A DNA stretch of 10,212 nt from an uncultured bacterium. Its GTDB lineage: Bacteria; Krumholzibacteriota; Krumholzibacteriia; WVZY01; JAKEHA01. The stretch lies in the NCBI GenBank assembly GCA_965372695.1, contig CBDVDJ010000049.1, positions 1 through 10,212 on the forward strand. The letters are read 5' to 3'. Below are positions 5,919 through 10,212 of the stretch, in pieces. Below the pieces are notes generated by a model. It ran no database searches. It saw nothing but the letters and a program-made list of their open reading frames with translations, and was not told where the DNA came from. The position numbers and the translations under genes are program-made. Numbering within the stretch: the first letter of the stretch is position 1; each line of letters opens with the position of its first letter.

Positions 5919-7536
5919 TGACGACAACAACAAGAAAACGACGATAAAGGAGTTCTGCCGCCGGAAAGGGCAGATCGTCAAGCTCGACGTCTCCGAGTTT
6001 CCGCCTTTGCCGCCGCCGTACGACAAACTCGACCTCGAGCCCGGAATCAAGGAGCTCTCGGACGAGTTGAAGGAGAAGTACGAAACGGATCTGGACGGCG
6101 TTTCGGCGCTCAAACTCCCCCGTCCCGAGACGGAGGAAGAAAAGCGCGAGCTGGTCCAGAGTTTCCTGACGGGACTCAAAAAGACTTTCGAGCGGGAAAA
6201 CAACTGGGGATTCCTGCAGCCGTTGTTTCTGACGATCGAGTACTGCGCGAAGTGCCAGACGTGTTCCAGGGCATGCCCTATTTATAACGAATCGGGTCAC
6301 GAGGAGATTTATCGGCCGACGTTTCGCGCCGATATACTCCGGCGCCTGTACAAAAAGTACGTACGACCGGGGGGCAAGATCCTCTCGAAGATCTCGGGGG
6401 AGGACATCGACGCCAGCTGGACGATGATTGCCCGGCTGATGGAGCTGAGTTATCGCTGCACCGTTTGCCGCCGCTGCGCGCAGACGTGCCCGATCGGCGT
6501 TGACAACGGGCTGGTGACGCGTGAACTCCGCAAGATCTTCAGCCAGGAGATGGGAATCCAGGTCGAGCAGCTGCACAAGAAGGGTTCCGTCCAGCAGCTG
6601 AAGTCGGGGTCCAGTACGGGCATGACGCCGGTCGCGTTTCTCGACAACATCGAGTTCCTCGAGGAGGAAGTCGAGGAGCGGACGGGGATGGAGTTCAAGT
6701 GGCCGATGGACAAGTCGGGCGCCGACATTCTGCTCATCCACAACGCGGGCGAGTACCTGGCGTGGCCGGAAAACCCCGAGGCGTTTGCCATCATTCTCGA
6801 GGCGGCCGGTATCGACTATACCCTGTCCAGTGACCTGCTCGGATACGACAGCGTCAATTACGGGGTGTGGTATGACGACGTGCAGTTCGCAAAGGTGGCG
6901 CTCAAACACGTCGAGATCGCCAAGAAGCTCGGTGTCAGAAAGATCGTCCTCGGCGAATGCGGTCACGCGCACAAGGCTCTCACCGTGATCGCCGACCGCG
7001 TGTTCTCCGGAGATTATAATATTCCCCGGGAGAGCTCGCTGACACTTCTGCGCGATATCATAAAGGAAAAAAGGATCAAGGTCGATCCGGCTCGCAACGA
7101 CGACATCATCACGACGCTTCATGATCCGTGCAACCTCACGCGGCTGATGGGGATCGTGGAGCCGCAGCGCGAAGTGATCAAGGCGGTATGCAATAACTTC
7201 CGGGAGATGACGCCCCACGGCGTCCACAACTACTGCTGCGGAGGCGGAAGCGGGTTTGCGATAACCGCCAACACCAACTTCCCCGACTGGCGTACGAGCG
7301 TAGCCGCCCGCGTCAAGCTGCGCCAGATCCTGGACGTGTTCCAGGATGTCATCAAACCGGATCAGAAGAAGTACGTTTGTGCACCCTGCTCGAACTGCAA
7401 GGGAGCCATTCGCGACACACTGGCGGCCTACGGCGTGTACGAGAGATGTAACATCCTGTATGGCGGCCTGGTAGAACTCATCGTCAACGCGATGGTCGAC
7501 GTTCCCGAGGGATTTCTCGAGTGGGAATGGCACTAA
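5911..7536 (+). CDS. DsrK/HmeD/HdrD-like iron-sulfur protein (two ferredoxin-type [4Fe-4S] motifs plus a CCG cysteine-rich domain)
   Basis: Two CxxCxxCxxxCP motifs are present (CAKCQTCSRACP and CTVCRRCAQTCP). The C-terminal CCG domain reads HDPCNLTR...NYCCGGGSG...CAPCSNC. GECGHAHK is a degenerate N-terminal CCG-like segment, as in DsrK-type proteins. The start is assigned to GTG 5911, with GAGGAG at 5895-5900 upstream, giving 541 aa and an 8-nt overlap (GTGAGTAA) with the upstream gene. The track start at 5731 would overlap that gene by 188 nt. The exact start is uncertain. Confidence 0.85.
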   Translation: MSNDDNNKKTTIKEFCRRKGQIVKLDVSEFPPLPPPYDKLDLEPGIKELSDELKEKYETDLDGVSALKLPRPETEEEKRELVQSFLTGLKKTFERENNWGFLQPLFLTIEYCAKCQTCSRACPIYNESGHEEIYRPTFRADILRRLYKKYVRPGGKILSKISGEDIDASWTMIARLMELSYRCTVCRRCAQTCPIGVDNGLVTRELRKIFSQEMGIQVEQLHKKGSVQQLKSGSSTGMTPVAFLDNIEFLEEEVEERTGMEFKWPMDKSGADILLIHNAGEYLAWPENPEAFAIILEAAGIDYTLSSDLLGYDSVNYGVWYDDVQFAKVALKHVEIAKKLGVRKIVLGECGHAHKALTVIADRVFSGDYNIPRESSLTLLRDIIKEKRIKVDPARNDDIITTLHDPCNLTRLMGIVEPQREVIKAVCNNFREMTPHGVHNYCCGGGSGFAITANTNFPDWRTSVAARVKLRQILDVFQDVIKPDQKKYVCAPCSNCKGAIRDTLAAYGVYERCNILYGGLVELIVNAMVDVPEGFLEWEWH

Positions 7537-7555
7537 CCGCGCGGAGGGACCTATT

Positions 7556-7930
7556 GTGGCCAAGAAAATCCTGATTGTAGACGACGAAGCCGACGTCAGA
7601 ACTTATCTGGAAGTACTGTTCCAGGAAAACGGGTACGAAACCGCGGTAGCCGCCGACGGCGACGAGGCGATGCCGAAAGTTCATGAGTTCAAACCGGACC
7701 TGATCTCTCTCGACATCATCATGCCGCGCGAGAGCGGCCAGAAATTTTACCGCACGCTGGTAAAAGACGCGGAGTTCGGCAAAACACCCGTCATTATCTG
7801 CAGTGGTGTAACGCGCTACAAAGAGCTGTTCTCGCGCGACCACAAGACGATGCCCAAACCGTTTGCCTTCATCGAGAAACCGATCGACAAAGGCGAACTC
7901 CTGGGCAAAATCAAGGAAGCCATCGGGTAG
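7556..7930 (+). CDS. Single-domain CheY-like response regulator receiver (no output domain)
   Basis: This 124-aa product has a GTG start with GGAGGG at 7543-7548 upstream. All canonical receiver residues are present: DD (9-10) in KILIVDDE, the phospho-acceptor D53 in LISLDIIMP, S83 in IICSG, and K108 in FIEKP. It starts 19 nt after the DsrK-like stop. Confidence 0.9.
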   Translation: MAKKILIVDDEADVRTYLEVLFQENGYETAVAADGDEAMPKVHEFKPDLISLDIIMPRESGQKFYRTLVKDAEFGKTPVIICSGVTRYKELFSRDHKTMPKPFAFIEKPIDKGELLGKIKEAIG

Positions 7931-7939
7931 CGCCGTGAT

Positions 7940-7961
7940 GGCCCGGGGCGCCACCCCGGCC
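7940..7961. terminator. GC-rich hairpin between convergent genes (possible bidirectional terminator)
   Basis: GGCC(C)GGGG (7940-7948) pairs with CCCCGGCC (7954-7961) around the loop CGCCA, giving an 8-bp G/C stem with one bulge. It sits in the 34-nt gap between the receiver gene stop (7930) and the SPFH gene stop (7965). There are no flanking U/A tracts. Confidence 0.4.
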
Positions 7962-7964
7962 TCG

Positions 7965-9113
7965 TCACGCTGCTTCCGGACCTTCGGCGGCGGCGGTTCC
8001 GGCGGCGGAGCCGGCGTCTGTCCCGGTATCCCCGGGCAGGTCGGCCGTCTTTGCGAGCGCCGTCAGGCCGCCCAGAACACCCAACCCCATCGATTCGACC
8101 GCTGATGACGGTACGATGATCATCGACCCCTTCTGCCGCAACCCCTCGTAGACCATGTTCATCGCGCGCAGGTGCAAAGCGACCGGATTGTCCTGGTAGT
8201 GGTAGGCGGCGGCGGCGAATTTTTCGGCGATCTCGGTCTCGGCGGTGCCGAGGATGATCCGGCTCTGGCGTTCGCGTTCCGCCTGCGCCTGTCGTGACAT
8301 CGCGTCTTCGAGGCCTTTGGGTATCACGATGTCGCGGATCTCGACGTCCTGGGTGGTGACACCCCACGCGTTGGTTTTTTTGTCGAGGAGCTTCTGGATC
8401 TCGGAGCCGAGACGGTCCCGTTCCGACAGCAGGGTGGCGAGGTCGTTTTTTCCGATCGCGTTACGCAGCGCCGTCTGCGCCGACAGGATGACGGCGTCCT
8501 CGAAATGCTCGACTTCGAGTACGGACTTCTGCGCGTCCCACACCATCCAGAACGCGATCGCGTCGACGCTGACCGGCACCGTGTCCGCCGTCAGCGTTGT
8601 CTCGGCGCTGAAGTCGGTGACGCGGATTCGCTGGTCTACGAACTGGGCGACTTTGTCGATGACGGGAATGACGGCGAAGAGCCCCGACGACCGTATCGCC
8701 TTGAATTTGCCAAATCGCAGCACGACGGCGCGTTCCCATTGATAAGCGATCTGCACAGACGTCGACACCAGTACTGCGACGGTGATGGTGACGAGTAACA
8801 CGTCGTCCAGCGGCCGCATGACGAGGTACGCGATGAAACAGTCCGCCGTGGCGAGCACGACGACGGCTTCCCATATCTGTGTGAGCCGTATCAAGCCCGC
8901 CAGGATAAGCGCCGATCCGAGAAACAACGCAACGGCGTCCGCGCTGAAGCCATGGAGGCGGAGGTGGACGATCAGGCCGGCGACGAACAGTGCCACCAGC
9001 AGCAGAACGTTCAGGGGTGCAAACCTGAAATCGGCCCTCATGGTGGCGGCAAAGCGTTCCAGTGAAATACCGGGTACCGATCGGCCTTCAGCCGTTTTTA
9101 CGGATCCAGTCAT
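7965..9113 (-). CDS. SPFH/band-7 (stomatin/prohibitin-like) protein with a polytopic N-terminal membrane region
   Basis: This 382-aa product has about four N-terminal hydrophobic helices. A canonical SPFH core follows: ERAVVLRFGKFKAIRSSGLFAVIPVIDKV..., DAIAFWMVWDAQKSV, ALRNAIGKNDLATLLSERD, VEIRDIVIPKGLEDAMSRQAQAERERQSRIILG, and a C-terminal Ala/Gly-rich tail. AAGGAG on the minus strand (9127-9122) lies 8 nt upstream of the ATG. Confidence 0.9.
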   Translation of the reverse strand: MTGSVKTAEGRSVPGISLERFAATMRADFRFAPLNVLLLVALFVAGLIVHLRLHGFSADAVALFLGSALILAGLIRLTQIWEAVVVLATADCFIAYLVMRPLDDVLLVTITVAVLVSTSVQIAYQWERAVVLRFGKFKAIRSSGLFAVIPVIDKVAQFVDQRIRVTDFSAETTLTADTVPVSVDAIAFWMVWDAQKSVLEVEHFEDAVILSAQTALRNAIGKNDLATLLSERDRLGSEIQKLLDKKTNAWGVTTQDVEIRDIVIPKGLEDAMSRQAQAERERQSRIILGTAETEIAEKFAAAAYHYQDNPVALHLRAMNMVYEGLRQKGSMIIVPSSAVESMGLGVLGGLTALAKTADLPGDTGTDAGSAAGTAAAEGPEAA

Positions 9114-9487
9114 GACGACGACTCCTTTCGTTGCCGCAGTCCTTCCAGCACATCGTCGAGCATGAGCCCGTAGCTGGAAGCGCGAGCCATTAGTTCGGTC
9201 AAAATCTGATCGAGCATTCTCTGTTTTTCCAGCCGGTCGATCTCCGGCTTGCGGCTGCCGATAAAAGTCCCCGAGCCCTGTTGTGTGTCGAGCGTTCCTT
9301 CGATTTCGAGTTCGCGGTACGCGCGCACCACTGTGTTCGGGTTGATCGCGAGTTCGACGGCGAGCTGGCGAACCGTCGGCAGGCGGTCTCCGGGGCCAAG
9401 CTCGCCGCTGGCAATGCCGAACTTGATCTGTTCGATAATCTGCCGGTAGAACGGCACGCCGCTCTTGTTATCCAGAATAAATCCCAT
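9110..9487 (-). CDS. GntR-family transcriptional regulator, YtrA-like subfamily (short effector/dimerisation domain)
   Basis: This 125-aa product has a winged-HTH block PFYRQIIEQIKFGIASGELGPGDRLPTVRQLAVELAINPNTVVRAYRELEIEGTLDTQQGSGTFI, followed by only about 50 aa, as in the YtrA subfamily. GGAG (9499-9496) lies 8 nt upstream of the ATG. Its stop overlaps the SPFH gene start (ATGA at 9113-9110). Confidence 0.9.
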   Translation of the reverse strand: MGFILDNKSGVPFYRQIIEQIKFGIASGELGPGDRLPTVRQLAVELAINPNTVVRAYRELEIEGTLDTQQGSGTFIGSRKPEIDRLEKQRMLDQILTELMARASSYGLMLDDVLEGLRQRKESSS

Positions 9488-9506
9488 AGGCTCATCTCCG
9501 TTTATC

Positions 9507-9540
9507 GTACTATAAGACTAGTGTACTAGCATTATAGTAC
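9507..9540. promoter_or_regulatory. 34-nt near-perfect palindrome; candidate operator for the adjacent GntR/YtrA-like repressor
   Basis: The sequence is GTACTATAAGACTAGTGTACTAGCATTATAGTAC. The outer 9-nt arms GTACTATAA and TTATAGTAC are perfectly complementary, and 28 of 34 positions are symmetric. GTACTA/TAGTAC hexamers occur at 9507, 9523 and 9535. The element overlaps the -10 hexamer and the predicted transcription start. Confidence 0.6.
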
Positions 9541-9558
9541 AATATGAGAGTGTGTCAA
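9531..9558 (-). promoter_or_regulatory. Consensus sigma70-type promoter for the gntR-SPFH operon
   Basis: On the minus strand, TTGACA (9558-9553) is followed by a 16-nt spacer and TATAAT (9536-9531). Both hexamers match consensus exactly. The predicted start is about 35-40 nt upstream of the gntR ATG at 9487. Confidence 0.65.
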
Positions 9559-9636
9559 CCCCCGGGCGGAAATATAATCATAACCTATGTTATTATAAGC
9601 GGTTATCAGGCATGGCTGTTCGACGTGCCCGCGGGA

Positions 9637-10212
9637 TCAGTGTTTCGTCAGGATGTGTTTGACGTCTTTTATATAAATGACGTATCGGCCCTGGTAGGGG
9701 TCGAATTCGCCATAGGCGAGGTAGTTCCCGTCCGGCGACCACGCGGGATACTGGGCAAACTGGGTGTCGAAGGTCAGCTGGACCTCGTCGGTCCCGTCGG
9801 GGTTGCGCATGTACACCTTGCCGCCCCGGCAGAACGCGATCGTATCATAGGGCCGGTTCCAGTCGGGATGGACGCAGGCCTCTCCGTAAGGCGTGATGGC
9901 GACTTCGTTGCCGCCGTATCTCGGCATGACGATGATCTGCGCGCCGTTTAGCCCGGGATGCGTGCGCTGAAACGCGATACGGTGTCCAAGGATCCCCCAC
10001 GTGGGGTGGAAATCGCCGTTGCCGCTGGACACCTTGATGAGTCCCGAAGATTCGAGTAGATATATGTAGTAAACGACGCCGCCATGGGCGAGCGTGTCGG
10101 CCTTGGAGAAGGCGAGTTTCCCCGTAGCGCCCGGAGGAGCCACGGCCACCTCGAAATCCTTCTGTTCAGTGTTGGTTACCGGCGCCTCCCAGCTGATCGC
10201 ACCCGTATAAAT
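9637..10212 (-). CDS. PD40/TolB-like beta-propeller repeat protein, C-terminal part; the 5' part lies outside the window
   Basis: The minus-strand frame stays open from the TGA stop at 9639-9637 to the window edge. The track's 'M' at 10149 is an internal GTG, and the codons upstream read IYTGAISWEAPVTNTEQKDFEV with no stop. It contains the canonical PD40 motif YPAWSPDGNYLAY and degenerate repeats (HPTWGILGHRIAF, HPDWNRPYDTIAF). Confidence 0.6.
   Translation of the reverse strand: MYTGAISWEAPVTNTEQKDFEVAVAPPGATGKLAFSKADTLAHGGVVYYIYLLESSGLIKVSSGNGDFHPTWGILGHRIAFQRTHPGLNGAQIIVMPRYGGNEVAITPYGEACVHPDWNRPYDTIAFCRGGKVYMRNPDGTDEVQLTFDTQFAQYPAWSPDGNYLAYGEFDPYQGRYVIYIKDVKHILTKH

Noticed and set aside
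5304-6203. A 299-aa minus-strand ORF spanning the junction of the cytochrome b and DsrK-like genes
   Set aside because: It is antisense to two well-supported genes. The product is Ser/Arg/Gly-rich and low in complexity, and there is no RBS.
5857-7563. A 568-aa ORF on the minus strand, antisense to the DsrK/HdrD-like gene
   Set aside because: This is also a shadow ORF. The plus strand carries clear ferredoxin and CCG motifs, and the antisense product is Arg/Leu-rich with no motifs.
7816-8367. A 183-aa, extremely Arg-rich minus-strand ORF overlapping the receiver gene 3' end and the SPFH gene 3' end
   Set aside because: It is out of frame with the SPFH gene, whose homology is clear. Its composition (RRRDRRRLRRRNRRRRR) is typical of an off-frame read of GC-rich DNA.
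9199-9495. A 98-aa minus-strand ORF in an alternative frame of the gntR gene
   Set aside because: The 9110..9487 frame encodes a clear GntR winged-HTH and has a properly spaced GGAG. The alternative frame has no recognisable features.
9571-9606. AT-rich interleaved inverted repeats (ATAAC-CTAT-GTTAT and ATAACC-N14-GGTTAT) between the PD40 gene stop and the -35 hexamer
   Set aside because: This could be a weak terminator for the PD40 gene, an UP-like element or a second operator. However, the stems are only 5-6 bp and AT-rich, and no U-tract is positioned correctly. The support is too weak to call it a feature.
9544-9951. A 135-aa plus-strand ORF running out of the AT-rich intergenic region
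   Set aside because: Most of it is antisense to the PD40-repeat gene, which contains a canonical PAWSPDG motif. There is no RBS, and the N-terminus is read from intergenic DNA.
1-10212. A scan for CRISPR repeats, IS or transposase ends, integrase genes, tRNA/rRNA and long direct repeats
   Set aside because: I saw no regularly spaced repeats, no terminal inverted repeats flanking a transposase-like ORF, no tRNA-like cloverleaf candidates and no rRNA-like segments by eye. The absence is provisional, because no search tool was run.

Overview
This window looks like a dissimilatory sulfur-metabolism locus from a fairly GC-rich bacterium, followed by an unrelated minus-strand cluster. All family calls come from reading motifs in the supplied translations. 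No database search was run. On the plus strand, the 3' end of sat (ATP sulfurylase) is followed by aprB and aprA (APS reductase). These are not followed by the canonical partners qmoABC or aprM. Instead there is a tight co-directional block: a 94-aa four-Cys zinc-ribbon-like protein, two tandem paralogous extended YkgJ/UPF0153-type (CxxCxxCC family) cysteine-cluster proteins, a NarI/DsrM-like membrane cytochrome b, a DsrK/HdrD-like Fe-S/CCG-domain protein, and a stand-alone CheY-like receiver. ATGA and GTGAGTAA start/stop overlaps suggest translational coupling inside the block. My main finding is that this block is a candidate non-Qmo electron-delivery module for AprBA. On the minus strand there is the 3' part of a PD40/TolB-like beta-propeller gene. 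Downstream of it, a consensus sigma70-type promoter overlapped by a 34-nt palindromic operator drives a YtrA-type GntR regulator, which is translationally coupled to a polytopic SPFH/stomatin-like protein. I found no rRNA, tRNA, CRISPR array, transposase or integrase. The long antisense ORFs in the track are treated as GC-driven shadow ORFs.
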